Source: Sumerlaeia bacterium (GTDB lineage Bacteria; Sumerlaeota; Sumerlaeia; SLMS01; JAHLLQ01). Taken from it: 64,000 nt of DNA. This document shows, one piece after another, positions 39,155 through 48,944 of this stretch (positions are counted from its first letter, which is position 1; every line of letters begins with the position of its first letter). The stretch covers positions 96,001 through 160,000 of the forward strand of contig JAVJSW010000060.1 in the NCBI GenBank assembly GCA_040219255.1. The letters run 5' to 3'. The translations under genes were made by a program, and so were the position numbers. The notes under the pieces were generated by a model. The model had not been told where the DNA came from, ran no database searches, and saw nothing but the letters and a program-made list of their open reading frames with translations.

Positions 39155-40453
39155 CTAAACCGTCAGACCGCATCGTGCGAAGATTGCCGGGATTTCTATC
39201 AGGTATTCGTCGATCGTAAACCAATCGGAAAGTTGAGTGCGCGAGAACCGGCCCGACACCGCCTCTTCCTTCAGCAACTCGTCCAGGAACGGGTCGCCGT
39301 CGTGCCAGGTGCGCATGGCGGCGGCTTGCACGGCGGCGTAGGCGTCTTCGCGGGAAACGCCGGATTCGACGAGGCGCAGGAGGACTTTCTGGCTGAAGAT
39401 CAAGCCCCGCGTGACGTTCAGGTTCGCCGCCATGCGGGCCTTGTTGACGAGAAGGCCCTCGAGGACGAAGGACAGCTTGCGCAGCCCGTAGTCCGCCGCG
39501 AGGCAGCTATCGGGCAGGATGACGCGCTCGACGCTGCTGTGGCTGATGTCGCGCTCGCCCCAGAGCGCCACGTTTTCCATGCCCGCCAGCGCGTTCGCCC
39601 GCAGGATGCGCGCGAGGCCGGTGAGGCGCTCGCAGACGATCGGGTTGCGTTTGTGCGGCATGGCGCTGCTGCCCTTCTGGCCTTTGGCAAAGGGCTCTTC
39701 CAGCTCGCGCATTTCCGGCCGTTGCAGGTGGCGGATTTCCGTGGCGATGCGCTCCATGGCGGCGCCCACCAACGCCAGCGCGTTCAGGAACGCGGCGTGG
39801 CGGTCGCGGCCGACGACCTGGGTGGAAGCCTTGTCCACGTTGATGCCGAGGCGTTCGCAGACGGCGCGTTCGTACTCGACGCCATAGTGGGCGCAGGTGC
39901 CCACCGCGCCGCTGATTTTCCCGACGGCCGCTTCGGCGATGGCGCTCTCGACGCGGACGCGGGCCCGCAGCAGCTCCTGATGCCAGGTCAGGGCCTTCAA
40001 CCCAAACGTCGTGGGCTCGGCGTGCATGCCGTGGGTGCGGCCCATCATGGGGGTCATGGCGTGCTCGGTGGCGAGATTCTCCGCCGCCGCGATGGCCCGG
40101 TCCAGATCTTCGAGGATGATCGCCCCGGCGCGCTTGATGCGCAGTCCCTGGGCCGTATCGACGACGTCGCTGCTGGTCAGGCCCATGTGGACGAAGCGGC
40201 TTGCGGGGCCGATCTTCTCGGCGAGCTGCGTGGTGAACGCGATGACGTCGTGGTGGACGGTGGCTTCGATTTCTTCGATGCGGGCCACATCGATCACGGC
40301 GCGTTCGCGGATGGTTTCCACGTCCTCGGCGGGCATGCGTCCGGCGGCGGCGTGGGCTTCGCAGGCGGCGATTTCCACTTCGAGCCAGACCTGGAACTTG
40401 GCCTCTTCGCTCCAAAGGTCGCTCATCGGGGGCACGGAATAACGATCGATCAT
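39155..40453 (-). CDS. purB: Adenylosuccinate lyase
   Basis: MIDRY, HDVIAF, HMGLTSSD, GRTHGMHAEPTTFG, GSSAMPHKRNP. Confidence 0.97.
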   Translation of the reverse strand: MIDRYSVPPMSDLWSEEAKFQVWLEVEIAACEAHAAAGRMPAEDVETIRERAVIDVARIEEIEATVHHDVIAFTTQLAEKIGPASRFVHMGLTSSDVVDTAQGLRIKRAGAIILEDLDRAIAAAENLATEHAMTPMMGRTHGMHAEPTTFGLKALTWHQELLRARVRVESAIAEAAVGKISGAVGTCAHYGVEYERAVCERLGINVDKASTQVVGRDRHAAFLNALALVGAAMERIATEIRHLQRPEMRELEEPFAKGQKGSSAMPHKRNPIVCERLTGLARILRANALAGMENVALWGERDISHSSVERVILPDSCLAADYGLRKLSFVLEGLLVNKARMAANLNVTRGLIFSQKVLLRLVESGVSREDAYAAVQAAAMRTWHDGDPFLDELLKEEAVSGRFSRTQLSDWFTIDEYLIEIPAIFARCGLTV

Positions 40454-40673
40454 GGCAGTCGGGGGCACTTTCTCGGGCGGGGGTTGCAAAGTCGCCAAGA
40501 GGGAGGCGCAAGGAAGCGCCGGGCGCAAGGAGGGTTTGCTGCGGAGGCGCGATGGCGGTTCTTAGGTCAAAGCTCGGGATTGCGCGCGGGCGGGGGGATG
40601 GTTTAGGCCTTTTCGTATCAGGCGCGCGCCCCTGTGCCCGCGCCCATTTCGCCCAGAGGTTGAGCACCCGCTT

Positions 40674-41378
40674 ATGTCCACCGCACCCGTCGTCGCGATC
40701 GACGGCCCCGTCGGAGTCGGAAAATCGAGCGTGGCCCGAACCGTGGCCGACCATCTCGGATTCCGCCATCTCGACACCGGGGCGATGTACCGCTGTGTGG
40801 CGCTGGCGCGGATGCGGCTCGTCGAGGCGGAGGGCGCCGACGTGGCCCCCGAACGCGTGGCCCGGATGGCTCGCGACCTCGACATCGACCTGCGCGAGGA
40901 CGGCTCCGTCTACCTCGGCGGCGAGGACGTCGGCGAAGCGATCCGCGCGGAAGAGGTGAGTCGCGAAGTGGCCCGCGTGGCCGACAATCGCGCCGTGCGT
41001 GAGGCCCTGGTCGAGCAGCAGCGCCGCATCGGCCTGCAACGGCCGTCGGTCCTCGAAGGCCGCGACATCGGCACCGTCGTGTTCCCCGACGCCCACTGGA
41101 AGTACTACCTCGACGCGTCGCCCCAGGTGCGGGCGGACCGGCGGGCCTCGCAACTCGAGGAGATGGGCCTCTCGCGCCCGTCGGAGGAAATTCTGCACAA
41201 CCTGCTGGAGCGCGACCGCCGCGACCGGGCCCGCCCCTGGGGCGCTCTGCGCGTGGCCGAGGACGCGACGCTCGTCGATACCACGGGCCTGAGCTTCGAC
41301 CGCGTGGTGGACCTGATCTGTTGTCTCGTGCGGGAAGATCCCTGTCCGGCCCTGGCGAGCCACGCCGCCGTTTCCTAA
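40674..41378 (+). CDS. cmk: Cytidylate kinase
   Basis: AIDGPVGVGKSS, LDTGAMYR, EGRDIGTVVFPDA. Confidence 0.95.
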   Translation: MSTAPVVAIDGPVGVGKSSVARTVADHLGFRHLDTGAMYRCVALARMRLVEAEGADVAPERVARMARDLDIDLREDGSVYLGGEDVGEAIRAEEVSREVARVADNRAVREALVEQQRRIGLQRPSVLEGRDIGTVVFPDAHWKYYLDASPQVRADRRASQLEEMGLSRPSEEILHNLLERDRRDRARPWGALRVAEDATLVDTTGLSFDRVVDLICCLVREDPCPALASHAAVS

Positions 41379-41450
41379 GCCCACACTTTCCAAAGCCTCA
41401 CAAACCAAGCTGTCCCTCCGTGACGTCTCAACAGTCAGAAAGAACGCCCC

Positions 41451-42899
41451 ATGCCCCTGCGCCTTTACAACACCCTCAACCGCCAGAAGGAAGACTTCAC
41501 GCCCCTCGATCCGGAAGGCAAGAAGGTCAGCTTCTATAACTGTGGCCCCACGGTTTACGGGCCGTTCCACATCGGCAACGGGCGCAATTTCGTCGTGGTG
41601 GATACGATGCGGCGGTGGCTGGAAGCGTCGGGCTATCAGGTCCGATTCGTCCAGAACATCACCGACGTGGACGACAAGATCATCAACCGGGCGAAGGTAG
41701 AAGGAGTCGGCAGCGCCGAGGTCGCTGAGAAATACACCAAGCTCTTCTTCGAACACCTCGCCCTCCTGGGCGTGCGCCGCGCCGACGAGCACCCGAAGGC
41801 CACCGAACACATCGGCGGCATGATCGAACTGGTGCAGACGCTGATTGACCGCGGCCACGCCTACGCCAGCGAGGACGGCTCGGTGTGGTACAGCGTGTCG
41901 AGCTTCCAGGGCTACGGTAAGCTGTCGCGCAAGAACCTGGACGACATGCGCCAGGGCGAGCGCGTCGCCGCCGAGCAGCAGCGGCTCAAACGCGCGCCGG
42001 AGGACTTTTCGCTCTGGAAAGCCGCCAAACCCGGCGAACCGGCCTGGGACTCGCCCTGGGGCAAGGGCCGGCCGGGGTGGCATCTGGAGTGCTCCTGCAT
42101 GTCGATGAAGTGCCACAACGCGCCCACCATCGACATCCACAGCGGCGGCACGGACCTGACCTTTCCACACCACGAAAACGAAATCGCCCAGAGCGAAGGC
42201 GCCACCGGTAAACCCTTCGTCCGCTATTGGTTGCACAACGGCTTCGTGAATATCGACGGCGAGAAGATGAGCAAGTCGCTCGGTAACTTCAAGACCATCG
42301 ACGGGCTGCTGGAGCATTACGATTCGCTGACGCTGCGGCACTTCCTGCTGTCGGCGCATTACCGCTCGGAACTGGATTTCACGGTCGAGAACCTCGATTC
42401 GGCCAAGAAGGCGTGCGGGCGCTACGCCCTGGCCTGCGCCGAGGCGCGGCGGGTGCTGGGCGACGCGGCGGTGGAGGCGGATGCCTGGAAGTCGCACACG
42501 GACCTGATGGCGGCGTGGGAGAAATTCGCCTGCGCCATGGACGACGATTTCAACACGCCGGGCGCGTTCGGGGCGTTGTTCGAGGCCCTGCCGCTGCTGA
42601 ACGCCGAGCGCACAGCGGTGGAGAAGGGCTCGGGCGACCGGGCGCGGCTCGCGGCGGCGCTGTCGCTGATCGAGGCCATGCGCGCCGTCCTCGGCGTCAC
42701 GGCGGACCTGGAAGCCACGGACACGGGCGGCGGCGACGACCTCTCGGCGGCCCTCCTCGACCTGCTGGTGGAAACGCGCACGGAAGCCCGCCGCGCCAAG
42801 CAGTTCGCCATCGCGGATACGATTCGCCAGCGCCTCGGCGGCCTGGGGATTGTGCTGGAGGACAAACCCGGCGGCGAAACGATCTGGCGCAAGGGTTGA
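41451..42899 (+). CDS. cysS: Cysteine--tRNA ligase
   Basis: CGPTVY..HIGN, GRPGWHLECS, FPHHENE, KMSKS. Confidence 0.97.
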   Translation: MPLRLYNTLNRQKEDFTPLDPEGKKVSFYNCGPTVYGPFHIGNGRNFVVVDTMRRWLEASGYQVRFVQNITDVDDKIINRAKVEGVGSAEVAEKYTKLFFEHLALLGVRRADEHPKATEHIGGMIELVQTLIDRGHAYASEDGSVWYSVSSFQGYGKLSRKNLDDMRQGERVAAEQQRLKRAPEDFSLWKAAKPGEPAWDSPWGKGRPGWHLECSCMSMKCHNAPTIDIHSGGTDLTFPHHENEIAQSEGATGKPFVRYWLHNGFVNIDGEKMSKSLGNFKTIDGLLEHYDSLTLRHFLLSAHYRSELDFTVENLDSAKKACGRYALACAEARRVLGDAAVEADAWKSHTDLMAAWEKFACAMDDDFNTPGAFGALFEALPLLNAERTAVEKGSGDRARLAAALSLIEAMRAVLGVTADLEATDTGGGDDLSAALLDLLVETRTEARRAKQFAIADTIRQRLGGLGIVLEDKPGGETIWRKG

Positions 42900-43115
42900 T
42901 GCCGCTGCCGCTGGCGTGGCGGCGGGCGGCCGGGGGCATTTGGGGGCGTGGGTGAGATTCGGCATGGTGGCGGGGCTCCTGCGGCTTGGGGTCTGACAGG
43001 AGGGAGCCTCTCACAGGCCCGGTCGTTTGTCCCCTCATGTGGAGCTTGTGGGACAAGAAAGACAAAATACACTTGTGGGCCTTAGCGGAGGAAGGCGGTG
43101 TGCGGGGGATGGAAA

Positions 43116-43144
43116 TTCACCGCAGAGGCGCGGAGGGCGCAGAG
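43116..43144. repeat. Periodic cgcagag-family repeat unit
   Basis: ttcaccgcagaggcgcggagggcgcagag. Confidence 0.75.
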
Positions 43145-43165
43145 GGGGTGGCGCCCCCCCCGCAT

Positions 43166-43290
43166 GTAGTTCCGCCTTCAGGCGGAAAGCCGGCCCGCGC
43201 CGTGGTTGGATTATAGAGAGAAACGCCACGGGGCAAGGACCCCGCGGCGTTTTTCTCGGACCAGTTCCGCCTAAAGGCGGGACTACGAAC
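43166..43290. repeat. REPIN-like inverted pair of GTAG REPs
   Basis: gtagttccgccttcaggcgg (43166-43185) ... ccgcctaaaggcgggactac (43267-43286). Confidence 0.75.
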
Positions 43291-43318
43291 ACATAGAAGG
43301 GGGCGCGTTGCAGGCCCC

Positions 43319-44515
43319 TCAATCCTCGGCCTTGCCGCCGCGGGCCATCAGGACCATGCGGGGCCAGAAGATTGCCAGCGTTTCCACCAAGTCCTTCTGG
43401 GCCTCCATCACTTCCTCGATGCGCTTATAGGCCTGCGGGGCTTCGTCCACGCCGGCGGCGAGGAGTTCGATGCCACGCTCGGCCAGGTAGGCGCGCATCG
43501 CCGAACCGGTGATGGTCTGGCGGGCGGCTTTACGGCTGTGGGCCCGGCCGGCGCCGTGGGCCGCCGAGCACAGCGACGCCGCGTTGCCACGGCCCCGCAC
43601 CACAAAGCCCGGGTCGCCCATGGAGCCGGGGATGACGCCCAGCACGCCCTCGCCCGCGGGGGTGGCGCCCTTGCGGTGAACGATCACTTCCTCGCCGTTG
43701 TGGATTTCCTTCCAGGCGAAGTTGTGATGGTTCTCGATCTGCAAGAGCGGCTTCAACCCCGCCGACTTCAGCACCTCGCGGTGGATGCAGTCGTGGTTGG
43801 CGGAGGCGTACTCGCCGGCCAGGTTCATGGACGCCCAATACTCCTGGCCCGCCGGGCTGTGCATCGACAGCCACGCTAGGTTGCGCGCCTGCGGAGGCAG
43901 CTCGGTCAGGTCCTTGGCCAGCCGCGAGTAGGTCTGGGCGATGTTCGCGCCCAGACCCCGCGAGCCCGAATGGCTCATCAGGGCGACGTACTCGCCGGGT
44001 TCGACGCCCAGGTCCGGGCTTTTGACCTCGAGCAGACCCCACTCGGCGAAGTGGTTCCCCGAGCCGGAGGTCCCGAGCTGGGCCCAGGCCTTGTCCTTCA
44101 GGTAGCCGATATGCGGCGGCACGGCGTCCCACGCCGGCGAGTCCATCACCGGGTGGCTGCGCTTCTCGTTCTTGCGGAACTCGCCGCCGACGCCAAAGCA
44201 GGTCTCGCGCGAAAGGGCGTTCTTCAGCTTGCCCTTGAAGCCCTCGTAGCGATCCGATGGCATGTCGGTGATCGAGAGCTTCATTCGGCAGGCGATATCG
44301 ACGCCCACGGCGTAGGGAATCACCGCGTCGCGCACGGCCAGCACGCCGCCGATGGGCAAGCCATAGCCCACGTGGCCGTCGGGCATCTGGGCCGCCGCCA
44401 CGGAAATCGGCAGGCGGCGCGCCACCTCGATCTGGTCCAGGGCACCCTGGTCAATCTGGTCCTGCCCCCACACCGCCAGCGGCACCGGGGCATCCATCAA
44501 TTTGAAAGCAGACAT
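43319..44515 (-). CDS. rtcB: RNA ligase RtcB family
   Basis: MPDGHVGYGLPIGG, GVDIAC, GTSGSGNHF, HSGSRG, NHHN, HRKGAT, HGAGR, DEAPQAYK. Confidence 0.95.
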   Translation of the reverse strand: MSAFKLMDAPVPLAVWGQDQIDQGALDQIEVARRLPISVAAAQMPDGHVGYGLPIGGVLAVRDAVIPYAVGVDIACRMKLSITDMPSDRYEGFKGKLKNALSRETCFGVGGEFRKNEKRSHPVMDSPAWDAVPPHIGYLKDKAWAQLGTSGSGNHFAEWGLLEVKSPDLGVEPGEYVALMSHSGSRGLGANIAQTYSRLAKDLTELPPQARNLAWLSMHSPAGQEYWASMNLAGEYASANHDCIHREVLKSAGLKPLLQIENHHNFAWKEIHNGEEVIVHRKGATPAGEGVLGVIPGSMGDPGFVVRGRGNAASLCSAAHGAGRAHSRKAARQTITGSAMRAYLAERGIELLAAGVDEAPQAYKRIEEVMEAQKDLVETLAIFWPRMVLMARGGKAED

Positions 44516-44550
44516 GATCGTCCTTCCTCATTTCGAAAACGGGAGAAAGT

Positions 44551-44650
44551 TCACGATGAACCGCACGCAAGAACCGGGCGCCTTGAGCGATCTCGCTCAG
44601 GCATCGGCGCATGCGGAATGATCGGCTGACGGGCGTTCAGGCCCAAGCCA
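44551..44650 (-). promoter_or_regulatory. Structured leader RNA between the uORF and rtcB
   Basis: Minus strand hairpins tgatggc-ttgggcctgaacgccc-gtca and ccgca..gcctgagcga-ga-tcgctcaaggc..tgcgg. Confidence 0.5.
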
Positions 44651-44686
44651 TCAGTTGTCGAAGTGTCTGGAAAAAAGAGCGGACAT
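44651..44686 (-). CDS. Putative leader peptide MSALFSRHFDN upstream of rtcB
   Basis: GAGGAGG Shine-Dalgarno (44694-44700) 7 nt before ATG 44686; 11 codons then TGA. Confidence 0.6.
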   Translation of the reverse strand: MSALFSRHFDN

Positions 44687-44875
44687 GTTGGGTCCTCCTC
44701 ATGCCGGGCAGCAGAGGGGCGCGAGCATGCACAGCGGGCGGCGGCGGGCAAGCTGAATCTTTGCGTCATTTTGGCGATTACGGCGAAACGCCATCGAACT
44801 CATTGACGGAGGCGCCCCCTTGCCTCACAAATGCCCACTCCCTACGACCGAATTCCGAGCGCGAGTCCCCCGACC

Positions 44876-46444
44876 ATGAGCCTCCTGGAAGATCAGCCCG
44901 CCACTAACGTTCGCTTCGTGTCCGACGAGGTGCTGGTGCGGGACAATCCGACGCATATCTGGATCGAGCCCACGAACCGCTGCAACACGCGCTGCAAGCA
45001 CTGCGGCCACTTCTACGATGTCTTTGGCAGAGACATGGACATCGAGCTGTACGAGAAGATCAAGGCGGCGGTGCTCGACGATGTGGAGCGTATCGAGCTG
45101 ATCGGCTATGGCGAACCGCTGATGGCGAAGAACTTCGAGCGTATGTTCGACGATTGCCTGGAGCGCGGCATCCGCATCTATACCACCAGCAACGGCATTC
45201 TGCTGCGCAAGGACGACCTGGTGGCCAAGCTGGTGCGCAGCGATGTGTACCTGTGCCTTTCCATCGACGGCGCGCGTCAGGAAACGTTCGAGCATATCCG
45301 GCCCTATGTGCGGTGGCACAAGATGCTGGAAACGCTCGAGTGCATCAAACGCAACGCCGACGCCGCCGGGCCTGAGACCAAGTTCCGCTTTCGCTTCAAC
45401 TATGTCGCCATGCGCCACAGCATCGGCGATTTGCCGGATCTGGTGCGCCTCGCGCATAAATACGGCGCTGGCGAGGTTTTCGTCCTGCCCCTGGGCGGCG
45501 AGGAGCAATTCGCGGAGGTCAATGGCGAGTCCCTGCGAGATGCGCCGGAGTTGGTCTCGCCGGCGTTCCTGGAAGCGCTGGAACTGGCCGCCGAATACGA
45601 CATCCACCTGACTGTGCCGGAGTCCTTCCGGCCGCTGATCCTGGAAGGCGCCGAGCGCGGCCAGGGCCTGCGCGGGAAAGCCGCCAAAGCGGCCCGCAGA
45701 GCCCGGCTGGCCAGTCTCTATGTGAAGCGCAACGGCTTCTCCGCCGCCTGGCAGCGCATCGTCAAGAAGCCCACCGCCGGCGTCCGCGCCAAGGCCGGCG
45801 TCACCTACTGCAACATGCCATGGAAGGACAGCTACTTCGCCTCCGACGGCAAGATCTATCCTTGCTGCATCATGAACGAAACGCTCGGCGACATGAAGAC
45901 CCAGTCGTGGGAAGAGATCTGGAACGGCGCGGCTTACCGGAACCTGCGGCGCACCGTGCACAGTTGGAACCCGACGGCGGTGTGCCGCTTCTGTCCCCTG
46001 CCGACGGGCATTAACGGCGGCGACGACAAGCAATACGCCCGCTATTTCTCACGGTTCCGCGCCGAGCCGGTGGAGCTCGACGCGGATGGCGTGGCCTTTG
46101 GCGGCGGTTTTCACGGTTTGGAACGCCACGAGGACGGTTCGGCCAGCCATGTCTGGATGGGGAAAACGGGGACGATGACGGTGCCCGCGCGGCGCGGCGC
46201 CAAGTTCCTCCGCCTGACCATCATTACGCGCTCGCCCGGACCGGACCTGAATGCGGGGATCGCCAATGTCAACGGCGGCGAGGACGAGCCCTTCGACAAC
46301 TCCTGCGAGCACCTGCACTTCCCCGTCGAGGGCATCGCGGGCGGGAAAATCGAACTGGCCCTGGAAATGGAGCGGACCCACCACGTCGAGGGCGATTGCC
46401 GGGAGTTGGCGCTGGTGATTCGCGGGGTGGATTATTTGTTTTGA
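44876..46444 (+). CDS. Radical SAM / SPASM-domain protein with an extra C-terminal domain
   Basis: CNTRCKHC, GYGEP, TSNG, SIDG; CNMPW..IYPCC..IWNG..CRFC. Confidence 0.88.
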   Translation: MSLLEDQPATNVRFVSDEVLVRDNPTHIWIEPTNRCNTRCKHCGHFYDVFGRDMDIELYEKIKAAVLDDVERIELIGYGEPLMAKNFERMFDDCLERGIRIYTTSNGILLRKDDLVAKLVRSDVYLCLSIDGARQETFEHIRPYVRWHKMLETLECIKRNADAAGPETKFRFRFNYVAMRHSIGDLPDLVRLAHKYGAGEVFVLPLGGEEQFAEVNGESLRDAPELVSPAFLEALELAAEYDIHLTVPESFRPLILEGAERGQGLRGKAAKAARRARLASLYVKRNGFSAAWQRIVKKPTAGVRAKAGVTYCNMPWKDSYFASDGKIYPCCIMNETLGDMKTQSWEEIWNGAAYRNLRRTVHSWNPTAVCRFCPLPTGINGGDDKQYARYFSRFRAEPVELDADGVAFGGGFHGLERHEDGSASHVWMGKTGTMTVPARRGAKFLRLTIITRSPGPDLNAGIANVNGGEDEPFDNSCEHLHFPVEGIAGGKIELALEMERTHHVEGDCRELALVIRGVDYLF

Positions 46445-46469
46445 GAGATAAAGTGAAATACTTTTCTGT

Positions 46470-46615
46470 GTAGCACGGGCGTCCCGCCCGTGACCAGCGG
46501 CGATTTTTATAGACCTGAAACCCCTTGGGGTCCGGTCGATATGAGTCCGCTCTTGGAGATTGGTTGTTGACGTGGGAGAAGACTGGCTGGTCACAGGCTC
46601 AGACGCCCGTGTTAC
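46470..46615. repeat. REPIN-like inverted pair of GTAG REPs
   Basis: gtagcacgggcgtcccgcccgtgacc (46470-46495) and degenerate inverted ggtcacaggctcagacgcccgtgttac (46589-46615). Confidence 0.75.
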
Positions 46616-46619
46616 CTTT

Positions 46620-48905
46620 TTAGCGATCCCGTTCTTTCTTGGTTATCTCTATGGGAATGAACTTCGAAACCGGCGTCCGGCTCCCCTTGGCGAAGCTCCC
46701 CGCCGGGACCAGCACGTTCGTTTCCGGGAAGTAGGCCGCCGCGCAGCCCTTCGGGATGTCGTATACCACGACGCGAAAACCCCCGGCCTCGCGCGTTTTG
46801 CCGTCCTTGGCGAAGCTGCGCAGGGTCACCACGTCGCCATCCGGGAGCCCCCGCTCGGCCGCGTCCTCGGCGTTCACGAACACCACCATCCGCGTGCCGT
46901 AGATGCCGCGATAGCGGTCATCGTTGCCGTAGATCGTCGTGTTGTACTGATCGTGCGAGCGAATCGTCATCAGCCGCAATTGCCCGTCCGGCATCGTCAG
47001 GTCCGGGATGGGCTCGAAGACGAAACGCGCCCGGCCGCCTGAAACGCGCCATTCGCGTTCGCGGGCGGAGTTGCGCAGATGAAACCCGCCAGGGGCGTCG
47101 ATCTTTTCATTGTAGTCAGCGAAGGCCGGAAGGACTTCGGCGATTTTGTCGCGGATCAGGCCATAGTTGCGCCGCATCGCGTCCCACGGCATCGCCGGGT
47201 TGGGGTCGAGGGTGGCCTCCGCCATGCCCGCAACGATGGCCGGTTCGGAGAGCAGGTGTTCCGACGCCGGGCGGTTTTTTCCGACCGAGGCGTGTACCAT
47301 GCTCATCGAGTCCTCGACCGTGACGCGCTGCGGTTCGCCGTTCTGCAGGTCGATTTCCGTGCGGCCTAAGCACGGCAGAATCAACGCCTCGCGTCCATGG
47401 ACCAGATGGCCGCGGTTGAGTTTGGTGCTGACCTGAACGGTCAGCTCGCATCGCCGCAGCGCCGCCCAGGTATGATCGCGGTCGGGCGTGGCGGCGGCGA
47501 AATTGCCGCCCATGGCGATGAAGACCTTCGCGCGGCCCTCGGCCATGGCTTCGATGGCCGCCAACGTGTCCAGGCCGTGGTGCTGCGGGGGCGCGAAGTG
47601 GAAGACTTCACCGAGGCGCTTCAGGAACTCGGGCTTCGGGCGCTCGACGATGCCCACCGTGCGGTCGCCCTGGACGTTGCTGTGGCCGCGCACGGGGCAC
47701 GCGCCCGCCCCCGGGCGGCCGATGTTGCCGCGCATCAGTAGCACATTCATCACGGCCTGAATCGTGGCCACGGCGTGCTCGTGCTGGGTCAGGCCCATGG
47801 CCCAGCAGATGATCGAGCGCTCGGCCCGGGCGTAAATCTCAGCCGTTTCGACAATCGCCGCGCGCGAGAGCCCGGACTGCGCCTCGATCTCGGCCCAGTC
47901 CAGGGCGTGGATGGCGGCGGCGAAGGCCTCGAAATCCTGGGTGTGATCGGCGATAAATTCCGCGTCCAAGACCCCACCTTCGCCCTCGTCCTCCATTTCC
48001 AGAAGTGCCTTGGCCAAGCCATGAAACAGCGCCAAGTCCCCGCCGATCAGGGGCTGGAGGTAGTGGTTGGCGATGGCGGTGCCCTTGCCGGCCAGGACCT
48101 CGAACGGCTGCTTGGGATGGGCGAAGGAAATCAGCCCGCGCTCCTTCAGCGGATTGATCGCCACGATACGCGCGCCTCGGCGCGCGGCCTTCTGCAACTC
48201 CGTCAGCATCCGCGGGTGGTTCGTGCCGGGGTTCTGGCCGACCACAAAGATCGCGTCGGCCAGTTCGAAATCGTCCAGAGTCACCGTGCCCTTGCCGATG
48301 CCGATGCTCGCGGTCAGGGCGGTGCCGCTCGATTCGTGGCACATGTTGCTGCAATCGGGGAAGTTATTGGTGCCAAAGGCCCGGCCAAGGAGCTGATAGA
48401 GAAAGGCCGCTTCGTTGCTGGTGCGGCCCGATGTGTAGAAAATCGCATCGTCGGGCGTGTCCAGCCCCCGCAGTGTCTTGCCGATCAGGGCGAAGGCCGC
48501 CTCCCAAGTCACCGGTTGATAGCGATCCGTTTCGGCGTCGTAGCGCATCGGGTGGGTCAGGCGGCCTTGGTCCTCGAGCCAGTGGTCCGTCCGCGCCATC
48601 AGTTCCGCCACCGAATGGCGGGCGAAGAAATCCGGGTCGGCGCGGCGGCCGGTGGTTTCGGCGGCGATGGCTTTGGCGCCGTTCTCGCAGAATTCGAACG
48701 CGCCGCGGTCCGCCGGGTCCGGCCAGGCGCACCCGGGGCAGTCGAAGCCCCCATCCTGATTCACATCCCACAGCGACTTCCACGTGCGCGCCATCGCGCC
48801 CTGGTGCCAGGTGTGGCGCATCGTGTTGCGAATCGCGCCCAGTCCCCCCGCGGGGCCGGTGTAGGGCTCGACCTTGCCGCTGCTTATCTTCTGATCGTCC
48901 GCCAT
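46620..48905 (-). CDS. FdhF/YdeP-family molybdopterin oxidoreductase
   Basis: GFDCPGCAWPD, EFCENGAKA, YTSGRTSNEAAF, NNFPDCSNMCHE, RSHDQYNTTIYG. Confidence 0.93.
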   Translation of the reverse strand: MADDQKISSGKVEPYTGPAGGLGAIRNTMRHTWHQGAMARTWKSLWDVNQDGGFDCPGCAWPDPADRGAFEFCENGAKAIAAETTGRRADPDFFARHSVAELMARTDHWLEDQGRLTHPMRYDAETDRYQPVTWEAAFALIGKTLRGLDTPDDAIFYTSGRTSNEAAFLYQLLGRAFGTNNFPDCSNMCHESSGTALTASIGIGKGTVTLDDFELADAIFVVGQNPGTNHPRMLTELQKAARRGARIVAINPLKERGLISFAHPKQPFEVLAGKGTAIANHYLQPLIGGDLALFHGLAKALLEMEDEGEGGVLDAEFIADHTQDFEAFAAAIHALDWAEIEAQSGLSRAAIVETAEIYARAERSIICWAMGLTQHEHAVATIQAVMNVLLMRGNIGRPGAGACPVRGHSNVQGDRTVGIVERPKPEFLKRLGEVFHFAPPQHHGLDTLAAIEAMAEGRAKVFIAMGGNFAAATPDRDHTWAALRRCELTVQVSTKLNRGHLVHGREALILPCLGRTEIDLQNGEPQRVTVEDSMSMVHASVGKNRPASEHLLSEPAIVAGMAEATLDPNPAMPWDAMRRNYGLIRDKIAEVLPAFADYNEKIDAPGGFHLRNSAREREWRVSGGRARFVFEPIPDLTMPDGQLRLMTIRSHDQYNTTIYGNDDRYRGIYGTRMVVFVNAEDAAERGLPDGDVVTLRSFAKDGKTREAGGFRVVVYDIPKGCAAAYFPETNVLVPAGSFAKGSRTPVSKFIPIEITKKERDR

Positions 48906-48944
48906 CGCGCCGCTCCCGAGAGTCTTCGATGGACAGCTAAACCA

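Noticed and set aside
46620-48905. Selenocysteine formate dehydrogenase
   Set aside because: The ORF is uninterrupted and has Cys (DCSNMCHE) at the ligand region; no in-frame TGA.
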